NCBI RefSeq assembly: GCF_020745735.1
Contig: NC_083419.1
Span: forward strand, 27,116,085 to 27,180,084
Origin: Hemiscyllium ocellatum
Taxonomy: Eukaryota
DNA: 64,000 nt
Direction of reading: 5' to 3'
A model generated the notes under the pieces. It had not been told where the DNA came from, did no database searches, and was given only the letters and a program-made list of their open reading frames with translations. How positions within the stretch are numbered: position 1 is the stretch's first letter; each line of letters opens with the position of its first letter. Shown piece by piece: positions 24,505-36,800 of this stretch. The position numbers and the translations under genes were made by a program.

Positions 24505-26352
24505 TCAGGAAGAGGATTGCAGGTTAGGAGGGCGGTGCTGAGTTGAGGGAACCGACTGAGACAAGGTGGGGGGAGGGGAAATGAGGAAGCTGGAGAAATC
24601 TGAATTCATACCTTGTGGTTGGAGGGTTCCCAGGCGGAAGATGAGGCGCTCCTCCTCCAGCCGTCGTGTAGTTGTGTTCTGCCGGTGGAGGAGTCCAAGG
24701 ACCTGCATGTCCTCGGTGGAGTGGGAGGGGGAGTTAAAGTGTTGAGCCACGGGGTGATTGGGTTGGTTGGTTCGGGCGGCCCAGAGGTGTTCTCTGAAGC
24801 GTTCCGCAAGTAAGCGGCCTGTCTCACCAATATAGAGGAGGCCACATCGGGTGCAGCGGATGCAATAGATGATGTGTGTGGAGGTACAGGTGAACTTGTG
24901 GCGGATATGGAAGGATCCCTTGGGGCCTTGGAGGGAAGTGAGTGTGGAGGTGTGGGCGCAAGTTTTACATTTCCTGCGGTTGCAGGGGAAGGTGCCGGGG
25001 GTGGAGGTTGGGTTGGTGGGGGGTGTGGATCTGACAAGGGAGTCACGAAGGGAGTGGTCCTTGCGGAACGCTGATAGGGGAGGGGAGGGAAATATATCCT
25101 TGGTGGTGGGGTCCGTTTGGAGGTGGCGGAAATGGCGGCGGATAATACGTTGTATGCGCAGGTTGGTGGGGTGGTAGGTGAGAACCAGTGGGGTTCTGTC
25201 TTGGTGGCGGTTGGAGGAGCGGGGCTCAAGGGCGGAGGAGCGGGAAGTGGAGGAGATGCGGTGGAGGGCATCGTCGATCACGTCTGGGGGGAATCTGCGG
25301 TCCTTGAAGAAGGAGGCCATCTGGGTTGTGCGGTGTTGGAATTGGTCCTCCTGGGAGCAGATGCGGCGGAGACGAAGGAATTGGGAATATGGGATGGCGT
25401 TTTTACAGGGGGCAGGGTGGGAGGAGGTGTAGTCCAGGTAGCTGTGGGAGTCAGTCGGTTTATAATAGATGTCTGTGTTGAGTCGGTCGCCCGAGATAGA
25501 AATGGAAAGGTCTAGGAAGGGGAGGGAGGAGTCTGAGACAGTCCAGGTGAATTTCAGGTCGGGATGGAAGGTGTTAGTAAAGTTGATGAACTGTTCAACC
25601 TCCTCGTGGGAGCACGAGGCAGCGCCGATACAGTCATCGATGTAGCGGAGGAAAAGGTGGGGGGTGGTGCCAGTGTAGTTGCGGAAGATGGACTGTTCCA
25701 CATATCCTACGAAGAGGCAGGCATAGCTGGGGCCCATGCGGGTGCCCATGGCAACTCCTTTAGTTTGGAGGAAGTGGGAGGATTGAAAAGAGAAGTTATT
25801 CAGGGTGAGGACCAGTTCAGTCAGTCGAAGGAGGGTGTCAGTGGAAGGGTACTGGTTAGTGCGGCGGGAAAGGAAGAAGCGGAGGGCTTTGAGTCCTTCG
25901 TGATGGGGGATGGAGGTGTACAGGGACTGGATGTCCATAGTGAAAATAAGGCATTGGGGACCGGGGAAGCGAAAATCCTGGAGGAGGTGGAGGGCGTGGG
26001 TGGTGTCCCGAACGTAGGTGGGGAGTTCTTGGACTAAAGGGGACAGGACCGTGTCGAGGTATTGGGAGATGAGTTCGGTGGGGCAGGAGCAGGCTGAGAC
26101 AATGGGTCGGCCGGGGCAGGCAGGTTTGTGGATTTTGGGCAGGAGGTAGAAACGGGCGGTGCGGGGTTGTGGGACTATGAGGTTGGAGGCGGTGGATGGG
26201 AGATCCCCTGAGGTGATGAGGTCCTGGATGGTCTGGGAGATGATGGTTTGGTGGTGGGAGGTGGGGTCGTGGTCAAGGGGGCGATAAGAGGAGGCGTCCG
26301 CGAGCTGGCGTTTGGCTTCAGCGGTGTACAGGTCAGTGCGCCAAACTACCAC
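24505..26352 (-). CDS. Penelope-like element reverse transcriptase / GIY-YIG endonuclease (N-terminally truncated)
   Basis: 615-aa ORF with PLE RT motifs (YIDD) and C-terminal GIY-YIG domain. Confidence 0.92.
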   Translation of the reverse strand: MVVWRTDLYTAEAKRQLADASSYRPLDHDPTSHHQTIISQTIQDLITSGDLPSTASNLIVPQPRTARFYLLPKIHKPACPGRPIVSACSCPTELISQYLDTVLSPLVQELPTYVRDTTHALHLLQDFRFPGPQCLIFTMDIQSLYTSIPHHEGLKALRFFLSRRTNQYPSTDTLLRLTELVLTLNNFSFQSSHFLQTKGVAMGTRMGPSYACLFVGYVEQSIFRNYTGTTPHLFLRYIDDCIGAASCSHEEVEQFINFTNTFHPDLKFTWTVSDSSLPFLDLSISISGDRLNTDIYYKPTDSHSYLDYTSSHPAPCKNAIPYSQFLRLRRICSQEDQFQHRTTQMASFFKDRRFPPDVIDDALHRISSTSRSSALEPRSSNRHQDRTPLVLTYHPTNLRIQRIIRRHFRHLQTDPTTKDIFPSPPLSAFRKDHSLRDSLVRSTPPTNPTSTPGTFPCNRRKCKTCAHTSTLTSLQGPKGSFHIRHKFTCTSTHIIYCIRCTRCGLLYIGETGRLLAERFREHLWAARTNQPNHPVAQHFNSPSHSTEDMQVLGLLHRQNTTTRRLEEERLIFRLGTLQPQGMNSDFSSFLISPPPTLSQSVPSTQHRPPNLQSSS

Positions 26353-27142
26353 CGCGCCTCCCTTGTCTGCGGGTTTGATGGTGAGGTTGGGATTGGAGCG
26401 GAGGGAGTGGAGGGCTGCACGTTCTGAGGGTGAGATTAGATGAGAAAGCAGAAGGCATGGTTAGTAAGTTTATGGATCACACTATAATCGATGGTATAGT
26501 GGACAGTGAAGAAGGCTACCTAAGGTTACAAAAAGGTCTTGATTAGTAGGGTCAATGGGCTGAGGAGTGGCAAATGGAGTTTAATTTGGATAAATGCAAG
26601 ATATTGCATTTTGGTAAAACAAGCAAGGGCAGGACTTACAGAATTAAAAGTAGGGCCTTGGGCAGTATTATGGAACAGAGAGACCAAGGGGTTCAGGTAC
26701 ATAATCCTTCTTTGAAGTTTGCATCACATGTACATAGGGTGGTTAAGAAGGCATTTAGCATGTTTGCCTTCATTGCTCAGCTCTTTGAGTATAGGAGTTG
26801 GGAAGTTGTTGTACAGGATGTTGGTGTGCAGTCCTGGTCGTTCTGTGATGGGGTGGATGTTATTAAGATAGAGAGGGTTCAGAAAATAATTCACCACAAT
26901 GTTGCCGGGAATGGAAGGTTTCAGTTATAAGGAGAGGCTGGATAGACTGGGTCTTTTCTCACTAGAGCGTAGGAGATTAAGAGGTGACTTTATAGAGGTT
27001 TATAAAATTATGAGGTGCACCATGCCAAGCTACAAATCTTTACACAAACCATGCATTATGAAGGGTATAGATATGGTGAATAGCAGGTATTCATTTTCCC
27101 GAGGGAGGGGGAAATGCAAGACTAGGGGACATATTTTTAAGG

Positions 27143-27381
27143 AGAAAGTGAGGACTGCAGATGCTGGAGATCAGAGCTGAAAATGTGTTGCTGGAAAAGC
27201 ACAGCAGGTCAGGCAGCATCCAAGGAATAGGAGATTCGACGTTTCGGGCATAAGCCCTTCTTCAGGAATGAGGACACTTTCCTCATTCCTGAAGAAGGGC
27301 TTATGCCCAAAACGTCGAATCTCCTGTTCCTTGGATGCTGCCTGACTTGCTGTGCTTTTCCAGCAACACATTTTCAGCAGC
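27143..27381. mobile_element. Palindromic Penelope-derived element with hammerhead motifs on both strands, 15-bp TSD
   Basis: Near-perfect inverted arms around the loop acacttt; TSD gacatatttttaagg at 27128-27142 and 27382-27396. Confidence 0.9.
27234..27269 (-). ncRNA. Minimal hammerhead ribozyme motif (intact core)
   Basis: attc-CTGAAGA-a-gggc(ttat)gccc-GAAA-CG-TC/gaat; the plus-strand twin at 27285-27320 has GAAA changed to AAAA. Confidence 0.7.
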
Positions 27382-27731
27382 GACATATTTTTAAGGTCAG
27401 AGGAGAAAGAATTAAAAAAGACATGTGGGCAATTTTTGTTTTACACAGAGTGTGCTCCGTGTGTGGAATGAACTTCCAGGTGAAGTGGTGAACATAGGTA
27501 TAGTTACAATGTTTAAAAGACATTGGATAAGCACATGAATAAGAAATATTTGGACGGATACAGGCCAAGCACAGGCAGGTGGGACTAGTTTAGTTTGGGA
27601 TTACGGTTGGCATGAACTGGTTGGACTTAAGGGTCTGTTTCCATGCTGTATCACTCTATAACTTGAGGATACTTTTAGGCGATAAATTCAGAAACTTTGA
27701 TTCACCTGCATTTTGGTTACCAATATTTGGT

Positions 27732-27815
27732 TCAAAGCACACTGTCAGTATTGGAAGTGGAGACACGGCTATCATCCAGTCTGTTTGCTTTCTCATCTGA
27801 AGGTTCATGACCATC
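27732..27815 (-). CDS. Probable last coding exon of the SMIM29/C3orf18-like gene
   Basis: Strong acceptor tctttatttttgttttag|GAT, phase 0 as required, open for 27 codons to TGA. The peptide is not recognisably conserved, so this exon is less certain. Confidence 0.6.
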   Translation of the reverse strand, partial: DGHEPSDEKANRLDDSRVSTSNTDSVL

Positions 27816-30800
27816 CTAAAACAAAAATAAAGATTTTAGAAACTAAATAAAGTTGACAGACAAGATAGAAAAATTACTTTTAAAAATCGGGGAAGGAATA
27901 AGCTCAATAATGACCATTTTGGTAGAGATGGGATGCAAAACATTAAGGCTGATGTGGAAAATTTAAATTAATTTTTAAAAATTCACAGTTTTAAAACAGT
28001 TCAGGAGTCATAACACTGGTGAACGAACTACTGAGCTATTTAAAAACTGTGGGTGCGACTTCAAGGCTGTAAACTTATTTCAACATTTGTACAATAGCAA
28101 CAAATGTAAATTGTAAAATAACTCAGTACATCTATTGTTTCATTGTAGATTCGTTTTCCATGAGGAGAAAGGAATGGAAAGCAGGAACTGACATTTGTTG
28201 GTATGGCAAGCAGTGAAAACTAGTTCAAAGTGCATAGATATCTAAATGTTCTAGTGGAAGAATTACATAAAGATATTATACAGTAACAGCTATAAAATAA
28301 GTCGGCTAATGGAATGCAATGCTTTATTACAAGATGAATTGAATGTATATGCATGATATTACGCTTCACTTATCTAGGGCACTGATGAGAGCACATCTTG
28401 AATCCTGCAATTTTGGTCTCCTTTTTCAGGAAGGATGTCAATGTGTTGGAGATGGCTGAGAGCAAATTTACTAAATGTATTTCTGGAATAGGCAGGTTGT
28501 GTTATAGGGAAAGGTCCAACAAAGGGACTTGCATTTAAAAGAATGTGGAGTGGATTGAAGGAAATATACTGGATCTTGGATTGTGATGGAGTTTTACCCT
28601 TTGGCCTATCATGTCCAAGCTGGTCAGCAATCTCCTATTTATTCTAACCCCATTTTCTAGCACATGGCTCATAGCCTTGTATCATTTTAATACCTCTTAA
28701 ATGTTATGAGGGTTCTTGCCTCTAACACCCTTTCATGTGGTGAATTCCAGATACCTACTACACTATGGCATCTGGTTATTGTCCCCTCTGCTAAAGGGGA
28801 AGGTTGTTTTCTATCTATATCCCTCATAGTTCTGTCATAGCAAAAAAGTCTCCCCCTCTGCTCTAAGAAAAACAATACCAGTCTATCTAGTCTCTCTTTA
28901 TAGCTGAATAGTTCCTACCCTGACACCACTGCAGTTAATCTCCTCTATATTGTCTCTCGTGTAATCACGTCGTTGCGAAAGTGTGACAACCAGAACTGCA
29001 CAGCATAGCCGTGGCATAATTAATGTTTTAGACAGATCCATCATAACCTCATTGCTCTTGTATTCAATGCCTCAACTAACAAAGGCAAATATCTTGTATG
29101 CCTTCTAAACCACCTTAACCACATTGATTTTTCCAAAATGTATCACTTCACATTTTTCTGTATTAAATTCCATTTGCCACTATTCTGCCCATCTGACAAG
29201 GTCATCTATGTTGTCCTGCAGTGTAAGACATCCTTCTTGCTATTTATTGCACCAGGAATTTTTGTGGTATCTGCACACCTACTGTTCATGCCTTCTATAT
29301 TCATGCCCATATCATTAATGTACACTACAATCAACAAGAGACCCAGCACTGAACCGTGCAGAACACCCTGGACAAAAAACTTTCGTCACAAAACCCCTTC
29401 AATCATCATCCCCCGTCTCCTGCCACTACAGGCCAAAAATGACACGACACCAGGTTACAGTCCAATGGGTTCATTTGAATACACTAGCTTTCAGCGCGCA
29501 GGAACAGTGCTCCAAATTTCAAATAAACCCATTGGACTATAACCTGGTATCATGTGATTTTTGACCTTGTCCAACCCAGTCCAACACTGGCACCTCCACA
29601 TCATCCTGCCAGTCACTCAACTTTGGATCCAATTTGTCAAATTGCCATTGGCTCCTAGCTTCTTAATCTGTTTCCCAGGAGAGACCTTATCAAAAGTCTT
29701 ACTAAAGTTCATGTTGTCTACAACAACTGCAATACCCATCTATGCACCAAGTCACCTTCACAAAAAATTCAATCAAATTTGTTAGGTAATACCTGTTAGG
29801 CACTGACAAACTGGAAGTTTCTTCTAATTGGTTAGTTTAGAACTGGGCAACACTATTTTAAAAATTAGAGGTCAGTTTTGAAGAGCATAGGTCATGAGAG
29901 CTTTACTCAGAGCTGTGGAACTTTGGAATTTTCTGCCACAGAAAATGGTGAGGGTGGGATGATCGAATACTTAAGTCTATGGTAGATTGATTTCATTGCC
30001 TAACAAATAAAATAAGATTATCAGGAATAGATTAGAGTGTGAAACACATACAGGTCAGCCGTGACCATATTGAGCTTGCTCTGCCATTCAAGGGGCCAAA
30101 TGGCCTACTTCAGCTCCTAATTCATATGTCTGTATGACACAACATAGAGTGACAGATCCAGAATGAAGAATATGGGGAAGCTTACATAAAAAAGAACTTA
30201 AATTTATATATTGTCTTTCACAAACTCAGGGTATATCAAAATGTTGTGCTTGCAATGAAATATTCTTAAGTATAGCCACTGTAGTAATGTAGGAAATACA
30301 TCGCACTCATCAAACTCCTACAAGCAGCAAATATGATAACAACTGGGTAATCTGTTTTCATTGACATGCAAAGACAAATTGATGCACTAAATCACCAACC
30401 AACAAGCAAACATTTTAATGTTATAACAAATCATTATATTGTTAGATAATGGGTTGAAAACTAAGTCTTTCTTCATATTGTATTTATTTTACATTCATAG
30501 ACCAGCACAACAAAATACTAAGAAAGGCTTGAAATACTCAGTTCTGATGGAAAATCACACACCCGAAATGTCAACTCTGTTTCTCTCTCCACAGATATTG
30601 CCAGATTGTTGCCTGTAGTTGAGGAGTTAAGAATGAGGGGCCACATACCCAAGATTAAATATAATAGATTTAGAACAAAGGGCAGGAGAAACTTCTGACA
30701 CTGAAAGTTGAGCTGGTGGAATTTACTTGTAGGGTCAGTAGTTGAGACAGAAACTATGTCAACATTTAAGATTAGATTGAATAGTTTGTTGAAGGAAAAG

Positions 30801-33800
30801 GGGTGATGGGATATGGGAACAGTGTGGGCAAATGTGATTAAAACTATTTGCTCACATGGAGGGTAAACAATGACAGGAACTATTTGGACCAACTAAACTT
30901 CTATGTTTATAGACAAATTTGGGTATAGCTCAATTTAAGGCATGTCAGTGGCTAAGAGCCAGGGTGTGGGTGGGGTATATCTAACCATGATTCCTTATAT
31001 GTTGTTTCTAATCTGTAATGAAGTGATAAGGAGGCAGCAAGTACAGACTAGAAAGTTTCCCACGGAGTTGAAACTAGAAAGAGTCACCATATTTCCTAAT
31101 AACATTTACGAGAGTTATGAGAAGCAGCCTATAATCAAAGCACCTATTTGTCTGAAGAACAGTGCATGACACCAGGATACCAGCAGATGTAAAAGCGCAA
31201 GAAAACAATACAGTAGTTTTAATCATTAAGTCAATAACTATGGGGTAATAGCTATTTCATTTAATGAGCACAGATTACATAATTAAAGCATACATTAACC
31301 AAGCCATCCAGTAAAAGCCAGCATAAAAACCAGATCCATAAAAACTGGCATGGCATTGACATATTAAATTTCTCTACCCAATTCTAAATTATTGTGACAG
31401 GCAAATTGGGAAAATCGTGTTCACCTAAAAAGATGCTTTGACAAATGAATTTTGGATAAATCGTGAGAACATCAGAGCTAGTTAAATTTATCTTTGCTAG
31501 ATAAGGGAGAACAGAAAAAAAATCAGAACGAGACCCTGATAGATCCTTGACAGAAGTTAGGCAATAGAAGAAATGCACAAGAAGCAACTGTCATTCAAAA
31601 TGTTTCAGTCTTACTCTTATTTTAAACTTGTTTTTGCTTTCACCTGCTTAAACCTAACAGATTTCTAACTTAACCCGGTTCTGAAGAAAGGTGATTAACT
31701 GAAAAAGTTTACTCTGCTTTTGTCTCCACAGATGCTGCCAGACTTGTTTATTTCCAAACTTTTCTGTCTTTATTTCAGATTTCCAGCATTCAAAGTACTT
31801 CGCCTTTGTATTAGAATTTTCAGAGAGATTTACAAAAATGTAAAATGACAAAAAAAAATTGGAATTGAGGTACAGTAAAAGATTTGGTACCTCATGGAGA
31901 AAGTTATCAGTACTGACAATACAAAATAAATGGCTTATTTCAGTGTGCCACATTCTAATAATTCTCAATTATAGAATGTCAACATCTTCAAGTATTATTT
32001 GTGAAATATGTAAAGAAAAGAACGATAGAAAGATGGAATATGCTTACTGAGACTTGTTTTTCGTTGCTTTGTTTCTCTAATTTCCTGAAAATCCCTACTC
32101 TTTCTAGGATAGTTCCATTTGCAAGAACTGTTCTCTGTTACCATTTTTATTAGGCTATTCTGCAGGTGGAAGCCAAACCGCAGTGTTCATAGGCTAAGCA
32201 GTCTTGGAGGAGATCAAAGCTCAGCTTAATCTATCCCTGTCCAAGTTCATGCATGCACACTTTCCACCATAAACTGTTTGATAGCAATCAGAAGCAAGAA
32301 CCCTGGCTGACTTTTCATTTTCCTTGTTCACAGGGGAATGGGTCCAATTCGAGTAGCATAATTTCTCTGCTGCCTGAGAATAAGCTAAATTCAGAAACTG
32401 GAAACTGAGTCTGAGTTTTGTCCTCTTAGTAAATATTGCTTTTCCTCACTGGTGCTTTAAAATTAAAAACAAATTCTTTAGGGTTTTGACTGTTTTAGCC
32501 ATCAACCTCATCTTGGTAAAATATACATTCCCAGTAGATTTTTACTTACTTTCACTTCTCCACTGTGATCTAAAGATTCTTCTTCCACATCATTACGATC
32601 CTCACTGGGGTCATATGAGTAAATTGGCACTAGTTTGTTGCGTAGTTTTTCTAACCTTTGAAACAACATAAAGGCCTTTTAAGAAGGATTAATCTTCAAC
32701 AACTGAAGTTATAAAAAACTTTAATAAACATTCAATGAATATATAGCCTATCATTATTATAGCTCTCTTAGTTAAGATGCTGTCTTGAGCAAGACTACTG
32801 ACCTCTGGGTCGTCAATTCTTTCATGCTACCTTCACCATAGGAAACACCTTGCTACAGCAGTCAAAATACTTGGCTTCTGTGCACATTCAAATCATAGAG
32901 GAGAAATTGATTTCAATCTTCTCATTTTCAAATGGATTTATGTGGAACTTACGTTATTAGTTTTAAGACAGTTATTTAATAGGAGAATAGGTTTGGATTT
33001 AACATGTTAACAAACAATCTTTATTGGAGAAAATACATAATAATCACTATAAATAATCACTATTCTCTGAAGATTTTGGAAAGCATTACTTATTGGAAAT
33101 ATTTTTAAGGTAGCAGGAGAGCTGACAAGTTAGGTGGCTGAGTCAAGTAGCAATCATGTATCAAAATTACTAAAAACAGATAAGATTATCAAACTTATCA
33201 AATAAAGTTATTCATTTTTGTTCATGTAGAAATTATCTACTAGTCGACATATTTATCAGTGTTGGCTGCATTTTAGAAGGAATTCACTGGCTGTAAAACT
33301 CTGACATTCTGAGGATGTGATTAGGCAGTATATAAACACATATTTGCTCTGTATATTGAAAACACTGCATCTGCTAACTTTGCTCAAGCCATTTTCTATC
33401 TTTAAAGGAGATTAAAGGACAATAATCTTTACATTTTTCTACATTCAACCTTTAAATCACAGAATCTTACTGCTGTATTTCTCTCTTTTTTTCATTTACG
33501 AGATTGAAATGACAGAGCAGAAGCTCTACAAGAGTTGATTTTATTTTTGCACTTCCAGATCTAACATTCAGGGTAAGCAGACCTTTATATTATGCAATCC
33601 TCTCATTTCACTGTCAGCACAAGTTATGGCAGAGGAACAACCATCCTTTGTTAGTGAATTGAGACTACACAGTACAATATGTTCATTATTTTATTAGAAA
33701 TAAATTTATTTCCCAAGAAACGTTTATGGCCCTATACCACAAAATTTTTGTATACGTGATGAAAGCACACGACAGATGGCAGCAGTACAAAACTGTGACC

Positions 33801-36800
33801 CTCAAAATGTAAATGTAATGAAAACAGCAATATCAGCTCAACACTATAATTGGTTTTATCTTTTTCTGTGTCATTTTTCACTTTTCATAAACAATATTTA
33901 GCAAATGTGTTTAACTGTTTTTAGTAGAGGAGTCAGATCAGGACTCCTAACACGTTAACAAATCTGGGAACATACTACCTATACCGCTGACAACCAAGCA
34001 GCGATTGTCTTAAAGCTGGGTAATGGGAACTTGAATGAAGGAAGCAGCATCAAAAGGCAGATAAACTAATTCATGAATTAGCTCTGACATCCATAATCTG
34101 CAAGCTATGACAGAGCTGAAGTATTGAACAAAGTAGCAAAGGAACAACAACAGATAGTCCAAAACATAATACCACAGTCCTTGCCTTACAAGGTGTGGTG
34201 GACAGACACAGGAGTTCTAATCATAGTCAGTTGGTGATGATGGTGGTGATTTAGCTATAACGGAAAAACACAAGTGATGATAACAAACTTATCAGTTGGG
34301 AGACTGATGTAGTGAAGCAGCACTGTGTCATTTTAAATCACTCCTTTTCTTTTAAACAGTCTAGACACATTTAGCATCACAAATAATATATCAATATGTT
34401 GGTTAAAAGAAAACCTTGTATTTATCCAGCACATTTCATAACCAGCAGGTATTCCAAAACTTTTTACAGCCAACGATACCATTTTTTTCTGGTGTAGTCA
34501 CTTTTGTAGCATAGGAAAAGCTGCACCCTTTACATGCACAGCAACCTCTCACAAATAGGAATATAATAATGGCCAGACAATCAGTCAGCCACATTCCCTC
34601 ACAACAATTTGTTCTTTCACAATATGAAATTTAACAAATTCCTGCTCAAACTTTTATTTTCAGCTTCCTATGAATTGTACATTAGTTTCAAGGTGTTTAT
34701 CCTACTTATAGTACTTGTGCCTGTTTCAATGTTTGGATGTCTAAAACATTAATAAGGCTGCAGTGTGGATTAAGAAACCTATTACGATGGCAGAGAGACA
34801 AAGTCTTGGAGGAGTAAGGGCAGAGTGTATTTGGTTACAAGTAAGAAATAACTGAGGAACAGAGGTACCATTAAACTCTGAAATGTATCATAAAAAAATC
34901 ATCAACTATTGAGATACACAGGAACGTATTTACAGGAAAATTAGAGAAGTTCAAAAGAAAAGTAGTAATATGGTGGGAGTCAGCATTGTAAGCATGGAAA
35001 CAGACCCTTTGGCCAACTTGTTCATGCCAACCAGGTTTCCTAAACTGAACTTGTCACATTTGCCTGCATTTGGCTCTTATCCCACTACACCTTTTGTATC
35101 CATGTGCTTCTGTCTTTTCAAATGTTGTAAACGTACTTGCCTCTACTACTTCCTCTGGCAGCTTGTTCCATACACGCACCACGCTCCGGTCACTTTTAAA
35201 TCTTTCTCCCTTAATTATTCTAATATACTTTAATTGTTATAATATAAAATGGAATAGTAATAGTTCAGACAGCAGAGATGGGAAAAAATTATGAAGTGTG
35301 GTTCCAACTAATGAGGAAAACAATATGGGTAGAGTTGATTCTGTGGAATTAGACGTTCAAGAGGATCAAATGTCAATAAGGGAACATTTCAGAATCAGTG
35401 ATCATAGTATATGTTTTAGATTAACTACAGAAAAGGATAATGAGAGATCTGGAATACAAGTACCTAGCTGAAGAAGTGAATTGAGACTGGATAAATTCTA
35501 GATAAACTACTTTTAAATAGGAAATAGATCTACCACTGTTGAGATACGTTTCAATGAGGGGAAAAGATGGGGCAACCAAAACCAGACTTCCCTGACTGAC
35601 TGAAGAAATAAAGAGTGAGATTAAACAGAAAAAGAGAATGTAAGACAGATGTCAAGTTTATAATGCAAGTGAGAGTCATGCTAAAAATAGGAAGTTCAGA
35701 GGCTTCATTTAAAAAAGCATATGAGGGGAAAAAGAATGAGAAGAGACTAGCAACAAGATAAAAGGAATCTAACTGTCTTCTATAGGCATGCAAAAATTGG
35801 GGAGAATTTAATAGAGGCTATGGGAAATTGCCTGACAGTGACTCTGCATCACTTAATTTTTAGAAGACCAGCTGAATCAAGTCCAATCAGCCATCTGAAT
35901 TGCAAAAGGTAGGCCTTCCTCAAGGTAAAGGACCCCAGGAACAGATGTCTACCCAGCCAAGAGGGACTGGCCAACTCATCACCACGAGCTTTTCATTGCA
36001 TGACAGTACCACTGGAAAGGCAGTGGCTGCTGCTGTTACTACACCTACTCAAGGTGCCTCCACACCATTTCAAATAATAAAGCATGTTTCAGGAACAAAA
36101 CACATCCTAAAGAAATAATAGACAAGGGGAATGCAGTGGATGTGGTGCACATGGACAATCAAAGAGCCTTTAACTAGGTGACGTATTAATCTTAAAGATT
36201 ACAGCATGTGCAGAGTTGAAGAATAGGTTACACTTTGTGTTAAGCATACAGTTCTGGTCTCCATACGACATACAGAAACTTAAAACATTGGAAAAATATA
36301 GTAAAGATTTACAAGGATGTTACTGAGAAATGAGGATGCAATTATTTTTAACGATTGCATAGGTAAGGGTAGAAATTTCTTTTTCGAAACCAAGTTGTGG
36401 AGGTATACGAAAAAGCAGGAGAGTTATGCTCCGGGGCAGAGAAAGAGTGACATGCAATTATATTCTTATTTATTTTAGATTTATGAGAGAGTAAAATGCC
36501 AAGTTATTTGTTCTGCCACCATCCCCACAAGAACCGTAAAGGCTCCAAAATTCAGTTGAGAGATTTAAAAAAGGCACCCAGACAGCCTTTCACTCCCTGG
36601 AACCACAGGTCATCATCTCTACCCATTCCTGGAAATTTCAGAGCTCTGCTAGAAGACAGCCGCATGCTTTGGTGACACCTCCTTACAGGTCTTCTTGCAA
36701 GGCCAAATGTTTCCAAGGAATGGCAATAGGAAGCTATCCAGAGTGACTCAGGAACCCAATGGGAATCAAAGAAGGGAGTGGAGACACTGTGGACGAGGAC

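Larger units (their letters stand above)
24278..26435 (-). mobile_element. Young Penelope-like retroelement (Neptune-type), 5'-truncated, RT + GIY-YIG endonuclease + 3' pLTR with hammerhead motif
   Basis: Uninterrupted frame from about 26433 (TIKPADKGGAVV) to 24505; PKIHK, DIQSLYT, GVAMG, RYIDD, Cys linker C..RKCKTC, IIYCIRC..C...YIGETGR; high GC and CpG. Confidence 0.97.
24170..27662 (+). mobile_element. Old CR1 RT/3' fragment hosting the Penelope insertion and an inverted-repeat element
   Basis: GVPQGLVLGPLL (24220-24260) continues after the Penelope as DE..EGMVSKF.D, WQMEFNLDKCK, ERRRLRGD.IEVYKIM and a 3'UTR ending near 27660. Confidence 0.85.

Noticed and set aside
24606-26037. Multiple overlapping ORFs on both strands
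   Set aside because: Shadow frames of the GC-rich Penelope ORF
31384-31650. Alternative candidates for the host gene's last exon (acceptors near 31498, 31546 and 31644)
   Set aside because: They give very short or implausible peptides; the 27815 acceptor is stronger, though not proven
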